A stretch of DNA of 64,000 nt from the NCBI RefSeq assembly GCF_056712565.1, contig NZ_CM160072.1; one strand, 5' to 3'. The notes below the pieces were generated by a model, which saw only the letters and a list, made by a program, of their open reading frames with translations, did no database searches and was not told the origin of the DNA. Made by a program: the position numbers and the translations under genes. Positions 33,029 through 43,454 of this stretch are shown piece by piece; within the stretch, counting starts at the first letter, position 1, and every line of letters starts with the position of its first letter.

Positions 33029-35551
33029 ATGAACAATAAAAACACGTTTTCCCGGGATAAGTTATCCCATGCAATTAAAAATGCCCTGTCTGGCGTTGTG
33101 TGTTCCCTACTCTTCGTTTTGCCAGTCCACGCCGTAGAATTCAACGTCGATATGATTGACGCAGAAGACCGTGAGAATATCGACATCTCTCGTTTTGAGA
33201 AAAAAGGCTATATCCCCCCTGGTAGATACCTCGTTCGTGTGCAAATAAATAAAAATATGTTGCCACAAACGTTAATACTGGAATGGGTAAAAGCCGATAA
33301 TGAAAGTGGTTCGTTACTCTGCTTAACCAAAGAAAATTTGACTAATTTCGGTCTTAATACGGAATTTATTGAATCATTGCAAAACATAGCTGGCAGCGAA
33401 TGTCTCGATTTAAGCCAACGTCAGGAGTTAACGACACGACTTGATAAAGCTACGATGATATTATCGCTAAGTGTTCCCCAGGCATGGTTAAAATACCAGG
33501 CAACAAACTGGACGCCACCAGAGTTTTGGGATACCGGTATCGCCGGGTTTATCCTTGATTACAACGTGTACGCCAGCCAGTATGCCCCACATCACGGAGA
33601 CAGCACCCAAAACGTCAGCTCCTATGGTACGTTAGGCTTTAACCTCGGCGCATGGCGCTTACGTAGCGATTACCAATATAATCAGAATTTTGCTGATGGA
33701 CGCTCGGTAAACCGCGACAGCGAATTTGCGCGAACTTATCTGTTTCGCCCTATCCCCTCCTGGTCGTCAAAATTCACTATGGGCCAGTACGACCTGAGCT
33801 CCAATCTTTACGATACCTTCCACTTTACTGGCGCATCGCTGGAAAGTGATGAAAGCATGCTGCCGCCAGATTTACAGGGTTATGCGCCACAAATTACCGG
33901 CATCGCGCAGACCAACGCGAAAGTAACTGTGGCACAAAATGGTCGTGTACTTTATCAAACCACTGTCGCGCCAGGCCCTTTTACTATTTCTGATTTGGGG
34001 CAATCGTTTCAGGGGCTGCTGGATGTCACAGTGGAAGAAGAAGATGGCCGCACCAGCACCTTCCAGGTTGGCTCCGCATCCATTCCCTATTTAACCCGTA
34101 AAGGGCAAGTGCGCTATAAAACGTCACTGGGAAAACCGACATCCGTCGGGCATAACGATATCAATAATCCCTTTTTCTGGACGGCGGAAGCCTCCTGGGG
34201 CTGGCTGAACAATGTGTCGTTGTATGGTGGTGGCATGTTCACCGCTGATGATTATCAGGCTATCACTACCGGTATTGGCTTTAACCTTAACCAATTCGGT
34301 TCGCTTTCTTTTGATGTCACTGGAGCAGACGCGTCTTTACAGCAACAAAATAGCGGCAATCTGCGTGGTTACAGCTATCGCTTCAACTATGCAAAGCATT
34401 TCGAATCGACAGGCAGTCAGATTACCTTCGCGGGTTATCGCTTCTCAGATAAAGATTACGTGTCGATGAGTGAGTACCTCAGCTCGCGTAATGGCGATGA
34501 GTCAATCGATAATGAAAAAGAGAGTTATGTCATTTCCTTGAACCAGTACTTTGAAACGCTGGAATTAAACTCTTATCTCAACGTTACACGCAATACTTAT
34601 TGGGACAGCGCCAGCAATACCAACTACTCCGTATCTGTAAGCAAAAACTTTGATATTGGCGATTTCAAAGGTATATCTGCATCGCTGGCAGTAAGTCGAA
34701 TCCGCTGGGATGACGACGAAGAGAATCAATATTACTTCTCTTTCTCTCTACCTTTACAACAAAACCGCAACATCTCCTACAGTATGCAGCGAACGGGAAG
34801 CAGTAATACTTCGCAGATGATTTCCTGGTACGATTCATCAGATCGCAACAATATCTGGAATATTTCAGCGTCGGCAACGGACGACAATATACGTGATGGC
34901 GAACCAACACTGCGCGGCAGCTACCAGCACTATTCGCCGTGGGGACGTCTGAACATTAATGGCAGTGTACAGCCGAATCAGTACAATTCTGTTACCGCAG
35001 GCTGGTACGGTTCACTTACCGCTACACGTCATGGTATCGCCCTTCACGATTATAGCTATGGCGATAACGCCCGCATGATGGTCGATACCGATGGCATCTC
35101 CGGCATTGAAATCAACTCTAACCGTACCGTTACCAACGGGCTGGGCATCGCCGTGATACCTTCGTTATCGAACTACACCACCTCCATGTTGCGGGTGAAC
35201 AATAACGATCTGCCAGAAGGTGTCGATGTCGAAAACTCGGTTATTCGCACCACGCTCACCCAGGGTGCCATCGGCTACGCAAAACTGAATGCCACCACCG
35301 GTTACCAAATCGTCGGCGTTATTCGTCAGGAAAATGGGCGCTTCCCTCCACTAGGTGTGAATGTCACGGATAAAGCGACAGGTAAAGATGTGGGCCTGGT
35401 CGCGGAAGACGGCTTCGTTTATCTCAGCGGTATTCAGGAAAATAGTACTCTGCATTTAACCTGGGGTGATAATACCTGTGAAGTCACGCCGCCAAACCAA
35501 AGTAACATTAGCGAAAGCGCAATAATTTTACCTTGTAAAACAGTCAAATAA
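33029..35551 (+). CDS. fimbrial outer-membrane usher
   Basis: 840-aa ORF with signal peptide, in usher position. Confidence 0.88.
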   Translation: MNNKNTFSRDKLSHAIKNALSGVVCSLLFVLPVHAVEFNVDMIDAEDRENIDISRFEKKGYIPPGRYLVRVQINKNMLPQTLILEWVKADNESGSLLCLTKENLTNFGLNTEFIESLQNIAGSECLDLSQRQELTTRLDKATMILSLSVPQAWLKYQATNWTPPEFWDTGIAGFILDYNVYASQYAPHHGDSTQNVSSYGTLGFNLGAWRLRSDYQYNQNFADGRSVNRDSEFARTYLFRPIPSWSSKFTMGQYDLSSNLYDTFHFTGASLESDESMLPPDLQGYAPQITGIAQTNAKVTVAQNGRVLYQTTVAPGPFTISDLGQSFQGLLDVTVEEEDGRTSTFQVGSASIPYLTRKGQVRYKTSLGKPTSVGHNDINNPFFWTAEASWGWLNNVSLYGGGMFTADDYQAITTGIGFNLNQFGSLSFDVTGADASLQQQNSGNLRGYSYRFNYAKHFESTGSQITFAGYRFSDKDYVSMSEYLSSRNGDESIDNEKESYVISLNQYFETLELNSYLNVTRNTYWDSASNTNYSVSVSKNFDIGDFKGISASLAVSRIRWDDDEENQYYFSFSLPLQQNRNISYSMQRTGSSNTSQMISWYDSSDRNNIWNISASATDDNIRDGEPTLRGSYQHYSPWGRLNINGSVQPNQYNSVTAGWYGSLTATRHGIALHDYSYGDNARMMVDTDGISGIEINSNRTVTNGLGIAVIPSLSNYTTSMLRVNNNDLPEGVDVENSVIRTTLTQGAIGYAKLNATTGYQIVGVIRQENGRFPPLGVNVTDKATGKDVGLVAEDGFVYLSGIQENSTLHLTWGDNTCEVTPPNQSNISESAIILPCKTVK

Positions 35552-35557
35552 TTCAGG

Positions 35558-36307
35558 ATGAATATAATGAAATCACCATTAATCACAACAGGAATGATTT
35601 GTTTACTGGGGATCTGCAACTTTGCCCAGGCGACTGTCTCTCCCGACAGAACACGCATCATTTTTAATGCTTCGAATAAAAGCGCAACGGTTCGCCTGAC
35701 CAACCAAAGTAAAATCGATCCCTATCTGGCTCAGTCGTGGATTGAAGATGCCAGCGGTAAAAAAACGCGTGATTACATCTCGACATTGCCGCCGATGGAA
35801 CGTATTGAGCCTGATGAACAGATACAAATTCGCCTGATGGCACTGGCCTCGTTAAACGACTTACCACAGGACCGAGAAACGTTGTTCTACTATAACGTGC
35901 GAGAAATTCCGCCGCGCGCCAAAGAACAGAATGTAATGCAAATCGCCATGCAAAGCCGCCTGAAGCTATTCTGGCGGCCAAAAGCGATTGAGTTAAAAGA
36001 GGGGGAGATGATTCCTCTGCAAAAAGTAACGATTACCCGCACCGCCGCCGGTCTGACCCTGAATAACCCGACGCCTTATCATATTACCGTCGGTTATATC
36101 GGCACTAATGGCAAGACACTGATGCCCGGTGCGGACAGTATTATGGTGGTACCATTTACTTCTGCAACTCAACACCTAAGCAGCCTGCCCTCTACCTTCC
36201 AGTTAGGCTTTGTGGCGGACTACGGCGGGCTGGAGATGTTTAAAGTCGAATGTAATTCCATCCAATCCCTCTGCCAAACCTCTCCTGCTAAGAAGGGGAA
36301 AATATGA
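35558..36307 (+). CDS. fimbrial periplasmic chaperone (PapD-like)
   Basis: 249-aa ORF with signal peptide; 4-bp overlap with adhesin gene. Confidence 0.85.
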   Translation: MNIMKSPLITTGMICLLGICNFAQATVSPDRTRIIFNASNKSATVRLTNQSKIDPYLAQSWIEDASGKKTRDYISTLPPMERIEPDEQIQIRLMALASLNDLPQDRETLFYYNVREIPPRAKEQNVMQIAMQSRLKLFWRPKAIELKEGEMIPLQKVTITRTAAGLTLNNPTPYHITVGYIGTNGKTLMPGADSIMVVPFTSATQHLSSLPSTFQLGFVADYGGLEMFKVECNSIQSLCQTSPAKKGKI

Positions 36308-37353
36308 TTACGCTTTTTCGTTTACTGGCGATTCTTTGCCTGTTTTTTAACGTTTCAGCTTTTGCTGTTGATTGCTATCAGGATGGGTACAGAGGAACAA
36401 CCCTCATAAATGGAGATTTACCAGCGTTCAAAATTCCAGAGAACGCGCAACCTGGGCAAAAAATTTGGGAGAGTGGAGATATTAATATCACGGTTTATTG
36501 TGACAATGCACCAGGATGGACAACAGACAATCCATCAGAAAATATCTATGCCTGGATCAAATTACCCCAAATAAATAGTGCCGACATGTTGAATAATCCA
36601 TATTTAACCTTTGGCGTGACTTATAATGGTGTAGATTATGAAGGGATAAATGAAAGAATTGATACTCATGCATGCCTGGATAAATATGAGCAATACTATA
36701 ATGGGTATTATTATGACCCTGTATGCAATGGCAGTACCCTTCAAAAAAATGTAACATTTAATGCCCATTTTCGCGTCTATGTAAAATTCAAAAGCCGCCC
36801 AGCAGGAGATCAGACGGTGAACTTTGGCATAGTCAACGTGTTACAATTCGATGGCGAAGGAGGGGCAAACATGTCCTCTAACGCGAAGAATTTACGCTAT
36901 GTGATTACGGGATTAGATAATATTTCATTCCTTGACTGTAGTGTCGACGTCCGGATTTTTCCAGAAAGCCAGATAGTTAATTTCGGGCAAATTGCTGCAA
37001 ACTCTATTGCTACTTATCGACCAAAAGCTGCATTTAGCGTATCTACTATAAAAGATGTTGCTGCCGATTGTACCGAGCAATTTGATGTTGCCACCAGCTT
37101 TTATACGACAGATACGTTACATGATGATACGCATCTGGAAATGGGTAATGGTTTGTTGATGCGTATTACTGATCAAAAAACACAAGAAGACATTAAGTTT
37201 AATCAGTACAAACGCTTCACCACATATATTCCAGGTCAGACTGGAGCGATGGTTACCCGTGATTACCAGGCTGAACTTTCACAAAAACCGGGGGAGACTC
37301 TCGTTTATGGGCCTTTCAAAAAAGATCTCATCGTAAAAATAAACTATAACTGA
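36304..37353 (+). CDS. fimbrial tip adhesin (two-domain: lectin + pilin domain)
   Basis: 349-aa ORF with signal peptide, Cys-rich N-terminal domain; last gene of operon. Confidence 0.75.
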   Translation: MITLFRLLAILCLFFNVSAFAVDCYQDGYRGTTLINGDLPAFKIPENAQPGQKIWESGDINITVYCDNAPGWTTDNPSENIYAWIKLPQINSADMLNNPYLTFGVTYNGVDYEGINERIDTHACLDKYEQYYNGYYYDPVCNGSTLQKNVTFNAHFRVYVKFKSRPAGDQTVNFGIVNVLQFDGEGGANMSSNAKNLRYVITGLDNISFLDCSVDVRIFPESQIVNFGQIAANSIATYRPKAAFSVSTIKDVAADCTEQFDVATSFYTTDTLHDDTHLEMGNGLLMRITDQKTQEDIKFNQYKRFTTYIPGQTGAMVTRDYQAELSQKPGETLVYGPFKKDLIVKINYN

Positions 37354-37406
37354 ACAGCAAAATGCCGGGAACACCCCGGCATTTTCATATTTAGTATTTC
37401 ACGTCA

Positions 37407-38060
37407 TTAGCTGGCTTTACGCTCATGTGCCTGACGGTATGCCACCAGGTCTTCAATAGTCACGAGCGCCATATTGTGTTTATTGGCAAACTCAATGCAC
37501 TCTGGTGCACGCGCCATCGTGCCATCGTCATTAGTCAGCTCACACAGCACACCAGCTGGTTTAAAGCCTGCCAGCGTCATCAGATCGATAGTCGCTTCAG
37601 TATGACCGCCACGCGTCAGTACACCACCTGCCTGCGCGCGAAGTGGGAAAACGTGGCCCGGACGATTCAGATCTGAAGGTTTTGCGCCATCGGCAATCGC
37701 TGCGCGAACGGTCGTAATACGGTCAGCGGCAGAAACACCGGTAGTCACACCTTCAGCCGCTTCAATGGTCACGGTAAAACCGGTGCCATAGGCGCTGGTG
37801 TTATTTTCTACCATCATTGGCAGATCGAGTTGTTTACGGCGATCGTCAGTAATGCACAGGCAAACAATACCACTCCCGTGGCGAATGGTCAGCGCCATCT
37901 GCTCAACGGTCATGGTTTCTGCCGGGAAGATCATATCGCCTTCGTTTTCACGGTCTTCATCATCAAGCACCATCACACCGCGTCCTTCACGCAGCGCAGC
38001 CAGTGCATTTTCAACACGTTCGAAAGGCGTACCAAAAGAGGAAAGTAGCGTCTGATTCAT
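37407..38060 (-). CDS. ribB: 3,4-dihydroxy-2-butanone 4-phosphate synthase
   Basis: 217-aa [45 protein letters not shown]..., recognised RibB. Confidence 0.95.
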
Positions 38061-38119
38061 GGTAAAAAAACCTCACTAAAATTATGGTTACCAGAATCAG
38101 GGCAGTCTTAGGAGTGGCG

Positions 38120-38315
38120 GCATATAGCCAAAATAACGTGAGCGGGTCCATGCCCGACAGAATCGTTACTCTCTCCCATCCGGACTCTAACCGTCGGCCC
38201 CGGAATTACACCGGATCTGCTGTCCTTTGAGTTCGCACCCAAAGCGCTCGCGGGCTTTCAACTGAGTTGATTTACCGCCGGTGGGGAATTTCGCCCCGCC
38301 CTGAGAATAAGCGGA
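38120..38315 (-). promoter_or_regulatory. FMN riboswitch (RFN element) in ribB 5' leader
   Basis: Minus-strand sequence contains ...GGGCGGGGCGAAATTCCCCACCGGCGGTAAA...CCGACGGTTAGAGTCCGGATGGGAGAG..., conserved FMN-aptamer blocks. Confidence 0.8.
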
Positions 38316-38433
38316 TTCACTATAACGCTAATGATTAGCGCCAGCAACGCATAGCTTCACATAATTCTGGTTTATGACTTACCCTTATCGCACTACAATG
38401 GCACTCAACACCTATCAGTACAGGGAAACTACA

Positions 38434-38733
38434 ATGATTGACCCGAAAAAAATTGAGCAAATCGCTCGCCAGGTTCACGAATCAATGCCTAAAGGAATCA
38501 GGGAGTTCGGGGAAGATGTGGAGAAAAAAATCCGCCAAACCCTACAAGCGCAGCTGACGCGTCTCGATCTGGTAAGCCGCGAAGAATTCGACGTTCAGAC
38601 GCAAGTCCTGTTACGGACTCGTGAAAAACTGGCGTTACTGGAGCAGCGCATCAGCGAACTGGAAGCGCGCAATAATCCGATAGCAGAACTTCAATCTCCT
38701 CCGGCTATCCCGCCAGTTGATAAAGCAGAATAA
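38434..38733 (+). CDS. ubiK: ubiquinone biosynthesis accessory factor UbiK (YqiC)
   Basis: ORF 38374-38733; start placed at [13 protein letters not shown]... preceded by agggaaa RBS. Confidence 0.8.
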   Translation: MIDPKKIEQIARQVHESMPKGIREFGEDVEKKIRQTLQAQLTRLDLVSREEFDVQTQVLLRTREKLALLEQRISELEARNNPIAELQSPPAIPPVDKAE

Positions 38734-38767
38734 AGCACCACAAAAACGGGCCAGACGGCCCGTAATA

Positions 38768-38968
38768 TCAGTGTTCTAATTCAAGTTCTCTGGTTTGCAT
38801 CATCTGTTGGCAATACCAGGCATAACGCGCGCAAAACCAGGTTCTATGTTCTTCATCCATGTTACCAGTAACGGCCAGAATATCGACCGGGCGACCTTCT
38901 GCGTGCATTCTGGCAAAACTACGCGCGAGAAAATCGAAATTATTTAAAGAATTAAGACTATGATCCAT
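38768..38968 (-). CDS. glgS: surface composition regulator GlgS
   Basis: [66 protein letters not shown] (66 aa). Confidence 0.9.
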
Positions 38969-39237
38969 AAGCACATCCTCCGGTTATTGCATACCTTTTA
39001 AGGCCATATGCTTTTTCTGATTTCAGTATTCCCCAATCAGTGTAGTGCCTTTAAACATAACGTGCGTAAATATATTGTCCCCGATCACACTTTTTAGTGA
39101 AAAATAAAAAAACCATATTAAAAGACTTTCTCTTCCAGAACCTCTCTAACATGTGTTATTATTAACAAAGACAAATGTAAGCAAGGAAACTATTCCAAAG
39201 TAAATATTGCGTCACTAAATGGACATTGGAGTGACAT

Positions 39238-39867
39238 ATGATTTTATTCGCCGACTATAACACCCCTTATCTTTTCGCTATTTCCTTTGTACTCTTGATC
39301 GGCCTTTTAGAAATTTTTGCACTTATCTGCGGTCACATGCTCTCCGGTGCTCTTGATGCACATCTTGACCATTATGATTCCATAACCACAGGTCATATTA
39401 GCCAGGCACTTCATTATCTCAATATTGGAAGATTACCAGCTCTCGTCGTCCTCTGCTTACTCGCTGGTTTTTTTGGTCTTATTGGCATCCTGTTGCAACA
39501 TGCCTGCGTTACGCTCTGGCAATCACCACTCCCCAACCTGTTCGTGGTTCCTGTCAGTTTACTGTTTACAATTATTGCAGTGCATTATACCGGTAAAGTC
39601 GTTGCACCCTGGATTCCACGCGACCATAGTTCAGCTATTACAGAAGAAGAATATGTTGGTAGCATGGCATTAATTACCGGCCATCAAGCCACTTCAGGTA
39701 ACCCTTGCGAAGGAAAACTCACCGATCAATTTGGCCAAATACATTATTTGCTACTGGAGCCTGAAGAAGGAAAAACTTTCACTAAAGGAGACAAAGTGTT
39801 AATTATTTGCCGACTTTCTGCAACGCGATATTTGGCGGAAAATAATCCCTGGCCCCAGATATTGTGA
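39238..39867 (+). CDS. yqiJ: NfeD-like inner membrane protein YqiJ
   Basis: 209-aa membrane ORF upstream of flotillin-like yqiK. Confidence 0.85.
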   Translation: MILFADYNTPYLFAISFVLLIGLLEIFALICGHMLSGALDAHLDHYDSITTGHISQALHYLNIGRLPALVVLCLLAGFFGLIGILLQHACVTLWQSPLPNLFVVPVSLLFTIIAVHYTGKVVAPWIPRDHSSAITEEEYVGSMALITGHQATSGNPCEGKLTDQFGQIHYLLLEPEEGKTFTKGDKVLIICRLSATRYLAENNPWPQIL

Positions 39868-39893
39868 TTTATTAATCAAAAGGAAATTTAATA

Positions 39894-41555
39894 ATGGATG
39901 ATATCGTTAATTCTGTGCCCTCCTGGATGTTTACCGCGATTATCGCCGTATGCATTCTGTTTATTATTGGAATTATTTTCGCCAGGCTCTATCGTCGCGC
40001 TTCGGCAGAGCAAGCATTTGTTCGTACTGGTTTAAGTGGGCAAAAAGTGGTGATGAGCGGTGGCGCAATCGTGATGCCGATCTTTCATGAAATAATTCCC
40101 ATCAATATGAATACCCTGAAGCTGGAAGTCAGCCGCTCAACCATTGATAGCCTGATTACGAAAGATCGTATGCGTGTTGATGTTGTAGTGGCTTTCTTTG
40201 TACGGGTAAAACCGTCAGTAGAAGGCATCGCCACTGCGGCCCAGACGCTGGGGCAACGCACCCTGTCGCCTGAAGACTTACGTATGCTGGTGGAAGATAA
40301 ATTTGTCGATGCCCTCCGTGCAACAGCGGCACAAATGACCATGCATGAGTTACAGGATACCCGCGAGAACTTCGTGCAGGGAGTACAAAATACCGTAGCT
40401 GAAGATCTGTCGAAAAATGGCCTGGAACTGGAAAGCGTTTCACTTACCAACTTTAACCAGACCTCGAAAGAACATTTCAATCCGAACAATGCCTTTGACG
40501 CCGAAGGTTTAACCAAACTGACTCAGGAGACGGAGCGCCGTCGTCGCGAACGTAACGAAGTTGAACAGGATGTGGAAGTCGCAGTGCGTGAGAAAAACCG
40601 TGATGCACTTTCGCGCAAGTTGGAGATTGAACAACAAGAAGCGTTTATGACGCTTGAGCAGGAGCAGCAGGTTAAAACCCGTACCGCTGAGCAGAATGCG
40701 AAAATTGCGGCTTTTGAAGCTGAACGTCGTCGTGAAGCAGAGCAGACGCGAATTCTGGCTGAACGACAGATTCAGGAAACGGAAATCGACCGCGAACAGG
40801 CCGTCCGCTCAAGAAAGGTTGAGGCCGAACGTGAAGTTCGCATTAAAGAGATCGAACAGCAGCAGGTCACCGAAATCGCTAACCAGACGAAATCGATCGC
40901 TATTGCCGCCAAATCGGAACAACAGTCCCAGGCAGAAGCGCGTGCTAACCTTGCACTCGCAGAAGCAGTAAGCGCCCAACAAAACGTAGAAACCACTCGC
41001 CAGACTGCCGAAGCCGATCGTGCTAAACAAGTGGCGTTGATCGCCGCAGCGCAGGATGCAGAAACCAAAGCGGTTGAACTGACCGTGCGGGCGAAAGCAG
41101 AAAAAGAAGCCGCAGAGATGCAGGCGGCGGCTATCGTTGAGTTAGCCGAAGCTACACGTAAAAAGGGTCTGGCGGAAGCAGAAGCACAACGTGCGCTGAA
41201 CGATGCTATCAACGTACTTTCTGATGAACAAACCAGCCTTAAATTCAAACTGGCATTATTGCAGGCGCTGCCTGCGGTAATTGAGAAATCCGTTGAGCCT
41301 ATGAAGGCTATCGACGGCATCAAAATTATTCAGGTCGATGGGCTGAATCGTGGTGGCGCTACGGGTGATGCAAACACGGGGAATGTGGGGGGCGGAAACC
41401 TGGCAGAACAAGCGTTATCAGCCGCACTCTCTTACCGCACACAGGCACCGCTGATTGACTCCTTGCTCAATGAAATTGGCGTTTCAGGCGGCTCACTGGC
41501 GGCATTGACTTCATCCTTAAGCTCAACAACTCCCGTCGAAGAAAAAGCAGAGTAA
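39894..41555 (+). CDS. yqiK: flotillin-like SPFH/band-7 protein YqiK
   Basis: 553-aa ORF with N-terminal TM, SPFH domain and long Ala/Glu-rich coiled coil. Confidence 0.88.
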   Translation: MDDIVNSVPSWMFTAIIAVCILFIIGIIFARLYRRASAEQAFVRTGLSGQKVVMSGGAIVMPIFHEIIPINMNTLKLEVSRSTIDSLITKDRMRVDVVVAFFVRVKPSVEGIATAAQTLGQRTLSPEDLRMLVEDKFVDALRATAAQMTMHELQDTRENFVQGVQNTVAEDLSKNGLELESVSLTNFNQTSKEHFNPNNAFDAEGLTKLTQETERRRRERNEVEQDVEVAVREKNRDALSRKLEIEQQEAFMTLEQEQQVKTRTAEQNAKIAAFEAERRREAEQTRILAERQIQETEIDREQAVRSRKVEAEREVRIKEIEQQQVTEIANQTKSIAIAAKSEQQSQAEARANLALAEAVSAQQNVETTRQTAEADRAKQVALIAAAQDAETKAVELTVRAKAEKEAAEMQAAAIVELAEATRKKGLAEAEAQRALNDAINVLSDEQTSLKFKLALLQALPAVIEKSVEPMKAIDGIKIIQVDGLNRGGATGDANTGNVGGGNLAEQALSAALSYRTQAPLIDSLLNEIGVSGGSLAALTSSLSSTTPVEEKAE

Positions 41556-41571
41556 ACCCTCTTCTATGAAT

Positions 41572-41603
41572 AATCCCTGGCCCAAAAAGCCGGGGATTTT
41601 TTA
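41572..41603 (+). terminator. rho-independent terminator of yqiJK
   Basis: aatccctgg - loop - ccggggatt stem followed by tttttat. Confidence 0.65.
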
Positions 41604-41749
41604 TATCTGCGTTCCGCTAAAAGGTGCAAATGATCAGGCTGTTGCAGCATTTTGCGTGACTGCTCGGGGAAGGTAAAACTGCCTCTGGGAAAGCGTTGCG
41701 CGGGGTCCGGCGCTCATCAACAATCGGGGAGTCAGCAAGGGGCTGAAAC

Positions 41750-41895
41750 GGGAAAGCCCCTCCCGAGGAAGGGGCCTTATAGAAGGAAAGGGTTATGATG
41801 AAGTTCGTCATCATACTGGTTGTGTTGTTACTGTTAAGTTTCCCGACTTACTAACAACTCATCAGAGGGGGGAGAAATCCTCCCTTACCCTTGTT
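41750..41895 (-). ncRNA. sib: Sib antitoxin sRNA antisense to ibs (approximate ends)
   Basis: Minus strand opposite ibs begins near ...aagggtaagggaggatttctcccccctctgat..., a Sib-like 5' block; boundaries not determined. Confidence 0.5.
41795..41854 (+). CDS. ibs: Ibs-family type I toxin (19-aa hydrophobic peptide)
   Basis: atgatgaagttcgtcatcatactggttgtgttgttactgttaagtttcccgacttactaa encodes MMKFVIILVVLLLLSFPTY; yqiK-hldE intergenic, the remembered sibD/sibE locus. Confidence 0.7.
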   Translation: MMKFVIILVVLLLLSFPTY

Positions 41896-41973
41896 CCTTT
41901 ACTTTAGGTTGAAAAAACAACAGCGTCAATAGATCTGCCTGCTACGAAGCGAGATCTGTGAACCGCTTTCCAG

Positions 41974-43407
41974 TTAGCCTTTTTTATCCAGTTGGATCTT
42001 CTTGATGATATTGGTCGTCGAGCAACCGTCTTCAAAGTTGAGCACCAGCACTTCGCCACCGTTGGCCCAGACTTCTTTACTCCCGGCAATCTCTTCTGGT
42101 TTATAGTCGCCGCCTTTCACCAGCAGATCTGGCAAGATCCCGGCGATCAAGCGCTGCGGCGTGTCCTCTTCAAACGACACCACCCAGTCGACCGCTTCCA
42201 GTGCGCCCAGCACAATCATACGCTGTTCGAGCGGGTTAACGGGGCGGGAATCCCCTTTCAGCCGTTTGGTGGAGGCATCGCTGTTCACAGCGACAATCAA
42301 ACGGTCACCCAGTTTACGGGCATTTGCCAGATAAGAGACGTGCCCAGCGTGCAGGATGTCAAAGACACCGTTGGTCATCACCACTTTTTCACCGCGTTTA
42401 CGCGCTGCCGCTACAGCAAGCTTCAGTTCCTCTTCGGTCATCACACCAAAGCCGGTATCTGCACGTCCACGTACTGCGTTTTCCAGCTCGATCGGCGAAA
42501 CCGTGGATGTCCCCAGTTTGCCGACCACCACACCAGCCGCCGCATTGGCAAAGAAGCAGGCTTCTTCCAGCGAATTACCCGCTGCCAGCGTTGCCGCCAG
42601 GACGCCAATCACCGTGTCGCCCGCACCGGTAACGTCATACACTTCCTGCGCCTGGGTTGGCATATGCAGCGGCGCTTTACCCGGTTGCAGCAGCGACATA
42701 CCCTGTTCGGAACGGGTCACTAACAGAGCCGAGAGTTCGTAATCGGCAATCAGTTTCATGCCGCGCTCAACAATCTCTTCTTCGGTCTTACATTTACCGA
42801 CAACAGCTTCAAATTCCGAGAGATTCGGCGTTAACAGCGTAGCGCCGCGGTAGCGCTCAAAATCGGTACCTTTTGGATCAATCAGCACCGGAACACCCGC
42901 TTTACGCGCCAGTTGGATCATCTGCTGTACGCTTGCCAGCGCACCTTTGGCGTAGTCAGAAAGCACCAGCGCGCCAATCGAACTCAGTGCCTGATTAATC
43001 CGCTCGTGCAGCGGCTGCGGATCAACCCCTTCGAAACCTTCTTCGAAATCCAGACGGATCAGCTGTTGGTTGCGGGAAAGTACCCGTAATTTGGTGATGG
43101 TCGGATGCGTCGGTACAGAAACAAAGTCGCATTTGACGTTGACGTCGGCCAGAGATTTACTGAGCGCGCGCGCCGCATCGTCAATGCCCGTCAACCCGAC
43201 CAGGCGTGCATTAGCACCGAGAGAAGCGATATTCATCGCCACGTTAGCCGCGCCGCCCGGACGTTCTTCGATGGTATTCACTTTAACCACGGGCACCGGC
43301 GCTTCCGGCGAGATACGGCTGGTGGGACCATACCAGTAACGATCCAGCATCACATCACCAACCACCATCACTCCTGCACGTTCAAACTCTGGCAGCGTTA
43401 CTTTCAT
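41974..43407 (-). CDS. hldE: bifunctional D-beta-D-heptose 7-phosphate kinase / heptose 1-phosphate adenylyltransferase
   Basis: 477-aa [30 protein letters not shown]..., recognised HldE (RfaE). Confidence 0.95.
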   Translation of the reverse strand: MKVTLPEFERAGVMVVGDVMLDRYWYGPTSRISPEAPVPVVKVNTIEERPGGAANVAMNIASLGANARLVGLTGIDDAARALSKSLADVNVKCDFVSVPTHPTITKLRVLSRNQQLIRLDFEEGFEGVDPQPLHERINQALSSIGALVLSDYAKGALASVQQMIQLARKAGVPVLIDPKGTDFERYRGATLLTPNLSEFEAVVGKCKTEEEIVERGMKLIADYELSALLVTRSEQGMSLLQPGKAPLHMPTQAQEVYDVTGAGDTVIGVLAATLAAGNSLEEACFFANAAAGVVVGKLGTSTVSPIELENAVRGRADTGFGVMTEEELKLAVAAARKRGEKVVMTNGVFDILHAGHVSYLANARKLGDRLIVAVNSDASTKRLKGDSRPVNPLEQRMIVLGALEAVDWVVSFEEDTPQRLIAGILPDLLVKGGDYKPEEIAGSKEVWANGGEVLVLNFEDGCSTTNIIKKIQLDKKG

Positions 43408-43454
43408 TCCTGTCTCCTGAGAGATTCAAAATTTGCGCGCGATAATACCATACT

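Noticed and set aside
40772-41323. 183-aa minus-strand ORF (Ser/Ala/Cys-rich) inside yqiK
   Set aside because: Antisense to the Ala/Glu-rich coiled-coil region of yqiK (GC-rich repetitive codons give open antisense frames); no independent support.
41617-41814. 65-aa minus-strand ORF in the yqiK-hldE intergenic region
   Set aside because: Overlaps the sib/ibs locus; the region is better explained by the 19-aa Ibs peptide on the plus strand and an antisense sRNA than by this ORF.
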